This document shows, one piece after another, positions 38,882-52,635 of a stretch of DNA of 64,000 bases; within the stretch, counting starts at the first letter, position 1; each line of letters opens with the position of its first letter. The translations under genes were made by a program, and so were the position numbers. Under the pieces are notes generated by a model. It saw only the letters and a list, made by a program, of their open reading frames with translations, was not told the DNA's origin and did no database searches. Origin of the DNA: Microthyrium microscopicum (lineage: Eukaryota). Where the stretch lies: the NCBI GenBank assembly GCA_010405405.1, contig MU004233.1:2086539-2150538 (forward strand), written 5' to 3'.

Positions 38882-41800
38882 ATGTTTCCTCAGCTGCTGG
38901 TCTATACCTTTCTACTCTTCGCCTACGTCACCAGTGCCATCCGCGACGCCGAGCGGCCTACAGGCTCTTTCCAATCACCCGCTGCCGTCGCCCGCCCGCG
39001 CTTCCGCTACTGGCTGCCCGATGCCTCTGTAAGCCCGGCATCAGTCGCCGCCGACGTGCGTGCTGCAGCATCTATAGGCGCAGGCGGTATCGAGCTTCTC
39101 GGCTTTTACAACTACGGCAAAGGAACCCCGCCCAAAGGTCTCGACTGGAGCGTCACCGGGCCCGAGGCCAGTGGATTCGGCGGCCGCAAATTTGTAGCTA
39201 TTCTCGAGGCCGTTCTACAGGAGGCCAAGGCCAGTGGAATACTGGTTGATCTCGCGCTGGGTCCGAACCAGGGACAGGGAGTACCGGCGGCAGAAGACGA
39301 TATAGGGAAGCAGTGGGACTTGGTGCCAGTGAGCGCCGAGACTGTTGGTGGCCATCTGAAGTTGCCCGGCTGGGGAGAGAAGGGAAAGGGACAAGGTGGA
39401 CGGCTGGTGGCAGCTGTGCTGGCTAAAACTATAGGTGAGTCGGTCAGTGACGTCGTGCGAAGTTAGAGCACAAGTTCGCCCGATGGGCTGCATGATGGTT
39501 TATGCATGATTTAGCCGCAATGCTTGTCATAGCTAGCATCTGATTCGATGGAAGTGGCTGATAAGCCAATAACGTCTCTTGGAGCTTCAACTCCGGTCTT
39601 CGTATAAGGCTGTATGATCTGATAGGTTTGTAGGTAAAGAAGAGCGAACACTGCGATTGAAAAGGAAGTATACGCGCTTGATGCTGGCGAAACATAGCTT
39701 GAGGGATGTGACTAGCGATGTAAGGAATGGTTCCGTTGAACTTGGAGTGCTGGCAGGCCCTGGATGGCGATTGTTCGCATACTATGAGAGACAGACCGGT
39801 GCAAGGAATCTAATCGCAAAGAAGGGCATCAGCGGTTTGGATGGTGGTAGTTATGTCGTTGATGTAGGTCTGCGGCCTTCTAGATGGCTGTCATTGGTAA
39901 TTTCTGGTGAAATACTGCTGTGAAGACGTATCAGGGTGGCATTTCAGCACAAATGATACCTGAAACCTAGATGCCAATCCTTCGTCGCTGAAAGTGGTTG
40001 GACTGATGATTGTACAGCATTTCTCGGCTGCTGGGGCAAAATTGGTGACCAAATTCTGGGACGAGCATATGCTGCCAGGCACAGTAAAGACCCTTTTGAA
40101 GGAGGTCGGCTCAAACAGTAAGTGACGTCCGAATATCCGACTCTGTCTGCATGCGGGAATATCTTCAGATGATATCGGAGTTGGGCCTACTACATCTCAT
40201 AACCATTTCGTGAGTGTTTACTAAATAAATTAGCCTGGGAGGACTCTGTGGAAATCGAGAGTCATGTTTCATGGAGTCCGACCTTACCTGCAAGGTTCCA
40301 AGAAAAGTTTGGCTATGATCTAAGGCGTATTTTGCCTGTTATCTCTTTTGCCAACAATAACTTGGCCACTCAGAGCGCCGCCCCGGGCGAATTTGAGTGT
40401 GTCCTCGACACTACTGATCAGGGCAAAGGCTTTGTGAATGACTTTCGTTCGCTTCTCGCGGATGGCTACGCAGATTATTTGACAGTTTTGAAAAACTGGA
40501 CGAACAATTTGGGAATGGGACTCTCAACACAGACGAGTTACAACCTCCCTATGGATATGGCGGCGACCATTCCCCTCGTCGATGTTCCAGAGTGTGAGTA
40601 CCTCCAGTTCAAGAATAACATTGACGCATATCGACAATTTACCGGCTCAGCACATGTAGCGGATGCGAACATCATCTCGAACGAGATGGGTGCAGAGGCA
40701 TCTTATGCTTATCGCTACCCTCTCTCAATGTTGATCACGTCTATGAATCGTGCTTTTGCGGCAGGCGTGAACCGCTTTGTGCTTCATGGCCAAGGATATT
40801 CTGGCAAGTATGAGGGAACCACATGGCCGGGACACACTGCTTTCTCGTATTTATTCGCCGACATCTACTCCCCAAAACAGCCGGCTTGGGAACACGGGTT
40901 TGCCGATGTTCTCTCATACGTCAGTCGCGTGCAGTGGGTGCTTCAACAAGGCGTACCGCAGGTCGATGTGGCCATTTTCAATAAGGTATCCGCAACTGAC
41001 TGGAAATTCGAAGATAGCGTGTACAAGTCTAGTGATCTTGCAGACGCAGGATATTCGTACGAGTACCTATCTCCAAGTGATCCCAGTATGTCCAGGCTGA
41101 AAGTGAAAGAGGCTCGATTGGGTCCGGCTGGACCAGCATACAAAGCACTGATTGTGGATCGAGAGAACAACCTGACTGATCGTGCAGTGTCTTTGATTGA
41201 AGAGTATGCACAAAACGGGCTACCAGTGCTCATCAATCATGCACTACCTGGCGTATATGCGACCGGAAACGGTCTTGCTGCGGAGCAAACTGGCACGCGC
41301 ATGGCCTCTCTTTCCCGCTTGTCGAATGTTCAGCAGGTTGATGATGGACGAATCGCCGCAAAACTCGCCTCTTTGAACCTTGAACCATCGGTCCGAGTAG
41401 TTGGGACCAACAGCACACACTGGTACAGCGTACGAAGAGAAGAAAAGCAAACGGGTATGGAGTATGTCCTCATTTTTGCCGACGCTAGGCCATCTAGAGG
41501 ACGGATCATAATCTCTTCATCCAGAACGCCCAAAACGCCTTACTTGCTGGACCCTTGGACAGGCCATCACAAGCCCATAATACAGTTTGAAAGAGCAAAT
41601 GGAACCCTCACTATTCCATTATCACTGGCTGCAAATCAAACGAGAATAATTGCTCTGACTTCTGAACCCCTTGATGAATTCAGGCCTCCGGTCTGGAGCA
41701 TCACCGAAATGCCTTCCAGCGTGTTGGGATATTCATGCCTGCACCCATCAATTATTTCTCTGCACGTGGTTGCGGGCTCCAATCCCGAGCATGTCAAATT

Positions 41801-42380
41801 GTCAGATGGAAGGAGGCAAACAATATCGCCCCTATCAGTTGCCAAACCCGTGGAATTGGGACCATGGAAGCTCACAATTGAACATTGGGAGGCGCCGGTA
41901 ATGGCTGATGCATCAACAATTGCCATCAAGCGCAACACAACCCATCACCTCGATAAGCTCATTTCATGGCTTGCTATACCATGGCTGAAAGATGTTTCGG
42001 GAGTTGGCTTCTATCATACTAATTTCACCTGGAACCCGGCGGAGGATCTGGCGGATGGGGCTTATATTAAATTGCCACCCATAAAGCACGCGCTGCGATT
42101 GAGGGTGAATGGACAACAGATGCCAACTTTAGATTACCTCACCCCTCAAGCAGATATCACGCGCTATTTGGTCGAGGGATTGAACGACATTGAGTTGATA
42201 GTGCCTAGTACCATGTGGAACTACCTCAAAACTCTTTGGGGCAACATAACGACAGCGGGACAGCCTCCAGTCATAGGCACAGGGCAGTATGGTGCAAAGA
42301 CACTACCTAATGCAGTAGACAATGGGATAATTGGCGACGTGACCGTCATTCCCTTCTCCAGCGTCGATATAACGAATTGA
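38882..42380 (+). CDS. Secreted glycoside hydrolase, GH106 (alpha-L-rhamnosidase)-like
   Basis: Signal peptide; RPRFRYWLP, DHFS..GA, WEDSVE, DVPECE, ISNEMGA and GVNRFVLHG motifs. Introns 39435-39633, 39864-40017 and 40118-40233 restore the frame. Confidence 0.82.
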
Positions 42381-45300
42381 GTTGCCTTATCTAGAAGTCA
42401 TGCGGCGGATCGTTAGGGTGGAAAGGCAAGACTCATATCAGGACATATCTTAGTGACAAAAGACCAACCAGTTCAACGAGATGCGTGCTTTATCTTGCTA
42501 AAACCAGGTGATATCTGGCGCCATGGCCTATTATGGAGCGTTGTGTCGCGTCGCATCCGTGAGTTCAAGGGTGGGTTTGCATTGCTCTAGCCTTTGGGGC
42601 TTAACACTAAACCGGCGGGACAGGTATTGCCGATAAAGCTTGAGCCAGAGAGGTATAAGAGTGACAGAGCATCTCGACGTCTGATGCTCGAGTTGACTCG
42701 TTGCTGCACCACCTTGAGACTTTGGGACCTGTTGACCCATTGACCTGTGTGCAGTGGTGCACCACTGGACTCATTCTTGTTCAGCGAGTACGGTAAATGA
42801 CGCACCGCCAAAAGGACCCCGTGGCAGTCGCCACTCAGCCATTTATCAAAGTATGTAGTACCTTTCTTCCCTTGCACACTGCACAGAGTCAATGCACCTT
42901 TCTTCTGAGATCATTATTCCTAATCCCATCAGGCTGCAAATGGTCGACATACTGACATGCTTTAGTCTCCATGGCTGCGATCAATGCCACTTAGCACGTG
43001 GAATGCCGCTGAGATGATAGAACTCTGTTCTCTGGCCAGACTGGCGGCATGCATTTATGGATGATTTGATTCGAGGCTCGAGAAAAGGGGCTTCCGGAAC
43101 GGTAGGAATCAGAATGCTATTTCCCCATGGTCTTACCACCCAAATTCCATCTGCGCAGCTCTTTCGTCGACGAGAAATGAGATCAAAGACCATCCAGCTC
43201 TACAATAATCATTGGCGTCAGGTTCACCAAACGGGTTTCTCGCCGATGTTCCCTGTCCGGTCTCTGTCGAACAAGCCTTTTCATCCAGAGCCTGGAAGAG
43301 TCCATGCATGTCCCGACTGCCTTCGTGTGCATTTTGATTGTGATTTATGAGCACTCTCAAACCGGTTCCCTCCTGGCAATCAACTCTCGCCACTTTTTCG
43401 ATAGCACCGTCAAATGACTTAATATGGAATTCGAGTGTTCCAAATGTTCCCTGGTGCTTGAGTATTTGTTTTGGGATTTTTCCAGTTAACTTTGGGATTT
43501 CAGAATCATGTCTGTTGCGCCTGGGCTGAGCTTGGACGACTTGTCCAGTCTAGGATGCAGTCATTCAAATCCAATATTCCATGAATGGGGTGGTTTTAAC
43601 ACCAGCAACTGTTGACCACTAGGAGAATGCCGATTACGCCGATTACGCCGCTACCAATGACCAATATCGTTAGGATCCGGAGAGTGCTGGCCTTGATGTC
43701 GACCTGTTCATGTGTTGGATTGTTGAGAAGTTGAAACCCCATCGATATGGGTATCAAACGTTACCGGCTGGAGGCGACAATTGATGGTAGAAAAGTCTAA
43801 CAGGTAGCCTGGATCAGCAGATTTATTAAGCCGGACCAGTTCAGCAAAATGGTAATAGCCCAACGAGGCGAAGCATCGCTGATTAATAATGCGGTAATAT
43901 TTACCAGCCTAATCCGTCGGACGACTACCCCTGTCTGGATCGGTGCGTCGTGCATCTTCACCGAAGGGACTTGACCTCACGCGACGAGTCGAAGATACGG
44001 CCTGGATGACGCTCTGGAGTCTGGATCATGACGAACAAAACTCTCAAGAATAATTCAGCCTTGTCCTTTGTGTTCGTTGCTTGACTTCGGAAGATCCGGT
44101 CTGGGCCTTTGGGACGACTCAATTACGGAGTATTGTGTTGTAAAGCAAATGAACGGCGAGGTAAAGTTGGCGAGAAAGAGGCAACCCGAGACCGCTGCTG
44201 ACAGTGATAGATTGTCGGTGATTCAATGGCATCGTTGCTTGAAGCCCAGAGCCCCTTGTCTTGATGTTCATGCCGTAAGGTAGTATCAAAGACACATGGC
44301 TCCTCGTCACACGATGGGTACGCGAATGGCCTAAGTTCCAAAGAGGCACGTCGAGCGATGCGACACAGGTAAAAGACCTGATTCAACAAGCTGTATAGAG
44401 GGAACCTGTGCATTTCATGCGCAAGCCATGAAGGCAATTGCAGGTAAGAGTGGTTGATTTTACTAACTGATCCACGCAGTCTTTCTTCTGCTCCTCCACG
44501 AAAGCATACTTCTACCAGTATGGTTTTGATGCTCCAAAGTCCTACTGCGGGATGGTATCAATCCTTTTTTTTGTGACGAATAGGATACAAATTTTGAAGC
44601 TTCGAGTCTCGACCCATGGTTCTGGAGTTTTTCCACAGTCAATCATGTCTCAGCATTCAAGAGCTCATCATCTCTTTTGCCACCAGCCAAGGACTGACAG
44701 TATCGAACCTTGAAGTATGATGAAACTCCTCATAGACAATCGGCCATTTCTTTTCCAGCTCTAACGCTGCCAGGTTCTGTTGTTCCAATTCCAATGCTAT
44801 CGTCCAAAACCCATCTAATTGCATATAAAGTCGGATCACTCACCTTGGACGGCTACTGGAGGATTAAATAACTCGTGTTGGAACCGACCTGTTGGCGGCA
44901 TTATTTCATGCGGCAAGCTTGACGCCAGGAGCCACACAATCCTTGCCGACCTGAGAGTTTGCCCATTTGGTCCACTTCTACCTTTTCTTCCCCGAACAAT
45001 GCATGCACATGCATTTTTGGAATTTTCCGGTCTGTGACGCCGAGAAAACACTGCAGTTCGGTGCTTGCGTCTCGATAGATACACTCCCACTATCCGGATT
45101 CTTAGATCCTGAGACCTACACTTCAACCTAATTTCTTAGAACCTGATACCATTTTAGTTGGTGCTTTTAGTCATATTTTAAAAGTACTCAAGTACAGACC
45201 CAAGTTCTAGGAGTCGTGGGGTGCTTGAAGTTTGACATCACTTGTAAGTACTTACTTCTTAATTCAATTTTTTTGAACTACTGCTCTGAGTTTCAGGAAC

Positions 45301-46813
45301 ATGAACGTAAGGCATGTGCCATCCTTTCGCTTCTGACTGGTTCTATATTCAATAAGGCAGTATCCGGTTACCTTTTCCGAGTCATGATTCAGAAAAGCGT
45401 CTGCTTTGAGCTGCGCATACATATCATTAAATCCAAGACCACATCCAGGCCTATTACGAGTTCCAATTCAAGATTTCTGGCTCTCGAACACAGGCGGATC
45501 ACACCCCCCCAGTCCAATAGGTTGTGTAACGACCCAGCTCTTGAATTTGACATCCGGCCGAAATTCCTCATTCGCCGAACACTTGAGTCCACGATAGTCA
45601 CTCATCCACTTCACCTTGTATTTACCAATGACCAATACTGACGTGGACAGTCAAGAGACACCCTAATGCACACAGCCTTGATATGTTGACCAATACTCCA
45701 GGTTGAATGGTTATGAGCACTAAGGCTTTGCGCTCGTGAGCGAAATCATTTTCTTGCTTCAAGGCTCCCCTCCCATGTAAGCCAAATACAACGAGTGGCA
45801 ACCAAGGAAAGAGAGGGTCTTAGCAGGGTCAACCACTATCATTGCGAACAAGAGAATATGAAGAATCGTGACATTAGTGGTATCGTGATCGTGTATGGAA
45901 AAGCCAGCAGCAATGCGGAAGCCACGTTTGCATGTAGCTCGCCCAATATTCAGGGCGTTTCGTACTAAATCGTGGCATAGTATGAACTACCAAAGTCGTC
46001 AATGGCTCCGAAAGAGACTAAGGAGGCTGTCTTCAAGATCTTTGGTAATCTTGTCGCATGGGCTTTAAGGTGGTGTTGTAGGGGTCCAAGTATAGTGTTT
46101 GCGGAGAACAACAATCACCACAGACGATTTACGATTATCTTGCTGAAATAGAAATGAGAGGTAGCTTTTAATTGACTAGAAATCTTCGATTTGTAATTCA
46201 TCCTTTTAAGATCTCGCTTGCATCAGTAACACCTGTTTTATATCCAACAATGACTTTGATCTGACCCTGGATTTCACTGAAGCCAAGCCCGATGATTACG
46301 ATGCTTGTACCGTGTTCATGAGCTGCATGGATCAGGCCTTTTCTTTTGGAGAATAAGCTGTAGGGCCCACGGAGGATTTCACGTTTCTAGCCGGTCGTAT
46401 GGATCGTGGCATTACATGGCCAGCCCGCTTGCTTGGGATTCCAACACTGACGCTAATGGGAACCGCAGAGTTGTACCCAGTACGCCACATATGTACCTAC
46501 CTAAGGACGTCTAAATCCCCCAGTTTCTTAGTTGGGTTGGGTTGTTTTTCTTCTGTTACCATTCGTCAAATTCGATTGATCGAAATGTACTGCGCATATG
46601 TAGCAGGAGTTGGGTTTAAGAAGGATGAAAAATCCTCAAAGTTCTCGAGGTTGGTACTTGTCGTACATATTTTCTACTTCTTCCTTCCTTTTCAAATCAT
46701 TTCACAAGCATAATAGTCAATAGCGCTTAAATCTCGATTCAATTCGTCGGCTAACTGCGATCTGATTCTCGTAACACAAACGTAACCATTCAGATCTTTT
46801 TGGTTTTCACACT

Positions 46814-47938
46814 ATGGAGCACGATAAAGATAGTGTAACGGCGATCTTGCGAGAATATCAGCCAAGGTCAGCCCCAGCGGATGTCATGATTATCGTGGCC
46901 GGGGTACGTCGATCATCCTCTCGCTATTTATCAAGTTTCTGATTGACCTAGGTCCCCAAAGAGCTACGCGGTTGGCAAGAGTTTAAAGACTTCATCAGAC
47001 AATATATACGCGGCCAGCCAGGTCGTACCGAAGTCAACGGAGACCATGTTACATGCACTTTCAAATCTCTCAAAGATGTACAACTCGCTTTCAGTAAGAT
47101 TTCTCCCCGAATCCACTAAACTTCTGCTCACCAATTTGCAGGCGCCCTCGCTTCCCAAGCTTTTCCAGTCAAAGTATCCGTATTTGACGTTTCTGGTGGT
47201 AACAATGCTACTCATATTGTCACATATCAATCTCCGGCCCCTCGACAATTAGTAATGTCACCCACAGTATATCAGCATTCAGTTCAGGCTCCTTACGCTT
47301 TCCCCGCCGCCAGCAGTCCCTACGCCCAGGGCTACTCTCAACCTGCCACTACTTACGAATATCCATACGGCTACTCCTCTCCCACCGCCTACGGCTATCC
47401 AGTGACCTCCAGCTATGGCCCGGTAGCCCAAGCTGGATACGGCCCCCCAGCAACAGCAGCCTACGGCATTCCCGCCACGCAACCACCGCCCGTACAGGAC
47501 ATATACATAACCGGCGACCAAGGCCTGCCAGTAAACATCAGCCGGGGCGCCATCCTGACCGAACGACGCAGCATCCACATCGCCGGCCTCAGCAAGAACC
47601 ACACGCCACGCCATTTAGAGAAGCTACTTTCCAAGCAGAGTCTCAGTGGGCACGTGTCGATCGAGATGCCGCAAGACAGCGAAGGGCGCGGCCGTGGATC
47701 TGCAACGATCCTGTTTGCGAGCACTGAGCAGGCCGAGCGCGCAGTCAAGGCACTCAACGGCATTGACTTTCACAACAAGCGCTTGCGGGTCAAGAAGGCG
47801 AAGGAGGGCACAGTCGTGGGAGTCGGGCAGCAGCAGAGTCAGACTCAGCAGCAGCTAGAGGAGGAAGATGAGAGCGAGGACTCGGGGGCACAGAATGCGC
47901 CGTTGGTCGTGAATGGCTCGACGTTTTCCACAAAGTAA
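46814..47938 (+). CDS. RRM-domain RNA-binding protein (degenerate N-terminal RRM, Tyr/Pro-rich linker, C-terminal RRM)
   Basis: Introns 46904-46951 and 47094-47141 join MEHDKD...GWQEFKDFIR to the 227-aa ORF. RNP2-like IHIAGL and RNP1-like RGSATILF...AERAVKALNG. Confidence 0.78.
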
Positions 47939-50226
47939 AAGAGAGAGTACATTGTCTGTTTTCTCCCTTACGGAAGAATGGAAGTTAGGTGTATTGGGGT
48001 CTTTGCTGGTTTCGGCGTGGGACGCATTAGCTGGCACGCGACTTTTTCTTGATTTTGATCTATGATCTGTCGCTTTCGAAGTTAAAGAGATCGCTTCCTT
48101 CTGTACAGATGCACTTGGCGCTTCCTTTCGGTTATCCTTGGTATTTGTTTGCTTCAAGGTGATTTCTTGGCTTGGTAGGTAGTTGCTAAGTAGTTTTGAT
48201 AGTACTTAATGGATGGTAGTACAATGCTGCATGAACAGGGTAGGGATTAAGTGCGCTAAATCGTGTCGGGAGCTGAGTCTGGCGTGCAGACGCCACTCTC
48301 CAGATCCAGGCAGTCAACCCGTTCCCATATAGAAGACTGCAGCTTGCATCTTCTCCACCCCGCGGCGCGTGGTTGTTGGTTCTCAGATTCCGTGATGAAG
48401 AAAGCGTGCTCGGCGTGCTCGGTTCGATGTACGTTTGCCAGCTACTGTGCAGGTATATCGGTTGTGGAACCTAGATCCTGCGTCAAATATTTGAAGGTTA
48501 AGGTGCAACCAGAAAGCAAATAGCCAATAGCTGCTTAAATGGATGGTTTTGGCTTCTTAGGGGCCTTTATATCAACGTATTACTAACAAATTGAACAAAT
48601 GACTTTAACAGATCCAATATCTTTTACCAATGTTTGCCACAGAGGCTGAAAAAAGAGAAAACTCTTGTCTTTTCGCAATATGCAAGATTCATCTCGCCCG
48701 ATTCCCCGGTGTGCTTGATTGGTGAAAGAAGAAGGGGTTGCTTCGATCCAATTATTGGACACTACTATGTCGCCGTCGAGTGCGTCATGATGCTCGGTTA
48801 GAAGTGAGAAAAGATTAGCAAGGCCAACGGTTCCAAAGTACCGGAAACCTGGGGGTTGGGCGGCTCGTTCACGGCTTGGGTTGTTTTGCAGTGCCTTGCA
48901 AGGATATGGCGCCGAGAAGCTTTCCTAATGGATCAAGTTCATACAAGTAATAGATATTGATAACATCGCCGAGCTCGAGGCCTACTTGAACACCTTGGGC
49001 CAAGTCGTCTGGATACAACACCCCGCGGAATTGGGCCTCCTGTTAGGTCTGGACTCTGGGGAGTCACTTCAGGATTTCGAAGGAAGGAAACTGGTGAATA
49101 CTATCCAATGTGGAAACAAGTGATGAAATAGAGCTGACTGGCTAAGCAGATCTATAGACAAGCAACATAATGACAGCTTCGTCTGCGATTGACATTTCAT
49201 TGCCAAGACATGAATGGTGGTCGTACTGATGAATATCGTATGATTCTTGCAGCAGGAACGTGCAGCTAGTAGTTTTTGATATTCAACCCGAACAATCCAA
49301 ATAGATTCAATATTACGACTTAATAAGCCATTGAGGATTTGAATTTCCGAGGTTTCATGCAACTAAAATCTGCTTTGCAGCCGCCCTGGTGGTTTCCAGT
49401 CGGTCATACACTCCGGGAGTGTCCATTGGTCACAATGAAAAGGCTGAGCCTCGCTATGCAAACTTTTGCCAGCCTTGTGGTAACGTCGGTGCAATATATA
49501 GTCTTTTGATATGTACTGATGATTTCGCAGTCGGCCGTCGATATCTTTGGCAACAAATACCAATCAGGCAACTCGATCCACAAGGCATATTGCTTGCTCC
49601 CACGGAGTAGGCACCGACATCAAGATCCATGCTGGGAGCTGAATCCGGACATTCAATATAGGAAGAGAGACTTGAAGCAAAATGGATGAAGTGAAGTTAA
49701 AATAAACTTCCAAACCATCTCCCGTCCCGACAACACATAGTGCGAATACCCCAGCACCGGGCGGTTGGCAGATTAAGATGAAGGGTTCGTCATCATATCT
49801 CATCGGCGCTATCGAGGAATTTGAGATCATACGATGCCGCAGATCGGCTCCAGTGGATGTACTGGGCGTAGAATGAGTCCAGCGTTCCTTGCCTAGGTCA
49901 CATGCGCTGTCGATGAAAGCAGGTCATGATTGCAGAAACGTGGTTGTAGCGTGCCCGTCTCCACACCACTATTCTGGCTCTTTGGTAACGGCACAAGATC
50001 GTGGAGCCGATGAGATCTAAGGTGCGACCTTACGTTGCATCTGGAGAAGATTCACTTCTTGCATTAGTGGTTTTAAGTTGAATTTGAACTAGCCATTTTG
50101 ATAGACTTGCTTGATTGGCGCGCGCCAACAGGCAGGTCGAATTATTGTAATTTCGACAACTTTGCTTCAGAACATGTCCCAAGCTTTCGTTCCATGGATG
50201 CTAGGTAAAAATTCAACAGCTATGCA

Positions 50227-51667
50227 TTAAAACATGTCTTCCGCTTTCCGTCTCGGGTTCGCCCGTCTCTGCCCAAACAACTCTTTGCCCAAATTGCTTC
50301 CCGCCTTTAAAGGGAACAGTTCACGAACTGTTGGTGGTGCATGACCCATTCCTCGAATCGAAATTCCAGAGTCCGCAGCTCCACGAACTTGAATTCCGCT
50401 ATCTGGTGCAGTGGAAGGACGTCCACTCATGTTATCGCTTAACCTTTGGTCTCTGGGAAGTGAAGTGGAATTTTTAAAGGCCTGAGCCGATTCCGAGGCG
50501 TCGACAGCATTGCTCCTACGGTGATTACTGAATGAGCCCCGTTTGTTGGGAAATAACTCCATTGAAGACCGCATGCCTGGAGTTTTGAGAGTCTTTTCCG
50601 GAAACAATTCGACGGCCGGTGATGTCTCCATGACCCGATCTGGAAACAGCTCTTTTGTAGTACTTGTCGTACCAGCTTTGGAGGCAAAGAGCTCCTTTCC
50701 TAGGTTCTTGCGGGCTGGAAGTCGACCTGGCGATCTAGTGCGTTGACGCGACCGTCTTACTCTGGAGCCATTCTCTGCATCAGACCCAAAGCCCATCATT
50801 CCATCGCCTTCACCCAGAGGCGAAGCACTGCGTCCACGTAGTCGTCCACCTGAGTTTCCCGAGCGATCACCAAACAGATCATCACCCCGATTTCTTCGGG
50901 CTCTTTTTCGTCTATCGTCTGATGCATATCCAGTCTGGTTTCCACCCTCATCATCATCGTACATTGTTGCATCAAAACCATTCGCTGCATCATCACGTCG
51001 TCTTTTGTGCTCGCGCTCGTCAAAGCGACGTCGGTTGTAATTATCATCATCAGATCCCCGTCTTTCCCGAGGTCTTCGATGTTCTTGCATTTTTTTCCGC
51101 TCTCTAGGATCCTGATCAGGATTCATGAGATAGTAACGACTCGCATCATAAGCGCCCCTCTTTTTAACATCTATGGAGGATGCCTGTCTAATAAATAGTT
51201 CCGAGTTTGGGTTCGAGGAGAGCTGTCTGGCCGGGCGGAGTTGTAGACTGGGAATGGCCCTAACATCTTCGTGGATGAGATCAGAATTCGTCAAAGCCTC
51301 TAAGGCCTCTGAGGCTGCATTTGCTGTGCTATAGATGAGGTTTGCGGAGGTATCGTCGATCCATTCGATACGTTCAAATTCTTCGAGGGAATAGTGTTCG
51401 CCCGCAAATCGTTTCACATCGGCGGAAGAAAGATTATCTAAGCCGCGGACGTGTAACTTGTCCAGGATAGCATTTCCACCCTCTTGTGCAATCGGATCCT
51501 CGGGAAGATTGATTTGTTGTTGAAAGTGGGAGCCATTATAAGTCTCGTCCATCTAGAATTGATCAGTCAAGCCCGAGGAACCTGTTTTCCCTACATACCT
51601 GCTCTTGCTCCATATAATTTCCCGTTTCTAGGTCAAGACCCAGGTCCATGTCAATATCCATATCCAT
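50227..51667 (-). CDS. Nuclear cap-binding subunit 3-like (NCBP3/DUF2414) protein
   Basis: MDMDIDMDL start with intron 51553-51598. KLHVRGLDNLS...RIEWIDDTSANLIY, SRYYLMNP and repeated KELF motifs. Confidence 0.85.
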
Positions 51668-52460
51668 AACGGCGGTCGTGCGAAGTGGTGGATTTTGCTG
51701 ACGTTACGGATATTACAAGTGGACAATGACCCTGGAGCAAAAGGTTCGAAGTGCCTGTAGAAGTAGTCTTAGAACGTCTAGACCGGTGGTACGATGCGAT
51801 GGTGATGTCTATCGAGTCGGAAGGCAGCCGCCGATGTGATTGGAAAAAGCTGGAGCGTGATAGGTCTTGGCCTTGATGAAGACTAACCGTGGAGGTTATG
51901 GAATGGATATCGGACGTAGAAATGGCCAGGCGGTAGATTAGAGCGGCAAAGATATCAACGATGGGGCGGCGACGCCATGTAGTTAAGAAGGCCCACTAAG
52001 GTGAAAGTTGAAGCAATGCCAAGAAATCACAGAAGGAGCAGGTGCAACCAGCCCCCGCACCTTCCTTGTTCGGGACTGCTATTCATCCAACTTCATTTCA
52101 TCCATCACTACATGTAAGATAGTAGCAATGAGGAGGTGTACCGGATATGGGAAAGTATTTATGTAAAATAAGCATGATCGTTGTAGTAGTTTGAGAAGAT
52201 TTTCGTTAACTGCGGCACAGGTTGCGTGTCAAGACTGTAACATACATTGGGCAATCGACAAGTAAGCCCTTTGATTCTCCATCATATTCGCATCTTATAC
52301 TCGTATCAAATATTGATACAATAGTAAGTCAAGCTTAAGGATTTTTAAGTTACAGTCTACTATACAATAATCTCTCTGGCAGGCTGCAGCTAGCTGGCGG
52401 TCTCTGCTGGCTGGGAAGGAATGTGCAGCTTTCGCGATATTATATGGAAGGAACAGCCTG

Positions 52461-52524
52461 ATTGGTTAGCGTCGTTCCTTCTTGACGCGCTCAACTACTT
52501 AACCTTGACGCGAGAAAGACGCGT
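52461..52524. promoter_or_regulatory. MCB cluster plus inverted CCAAT upstream of MCM7
   Basis: ATTGG at 52461; ACGCGC 52485, ACGCGA 52508 and ACGCGT 52519 within about 150 bp of the ATG, consistent with MBF control of replication genes. Confidence 0.55.
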
Positions 52525-52635
52525 CCCTGCCACCGCGCTGCCACCCAGCATCTATGATATCGCAACTACATCTGCTTCTCCGTAGCTTTGCTGATTGTTC
52601 AGTCTTTTTCCTTTCAATTTCTACGAAACTGCACA

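Noticed and set aside
48805..48826. GAGAAAAGATTAGCAAGGCC resembling the U6 snRNA core
   Set aside because: The ACAGAGA box and the following stem do not match and the flanks are unrelated; likely chance.
50115..50128. Perfect 14-bp palindrome TTGGCGCGCGCCAA
   Set aside because: Isolated, downstream of a stop codon and without supporting context.
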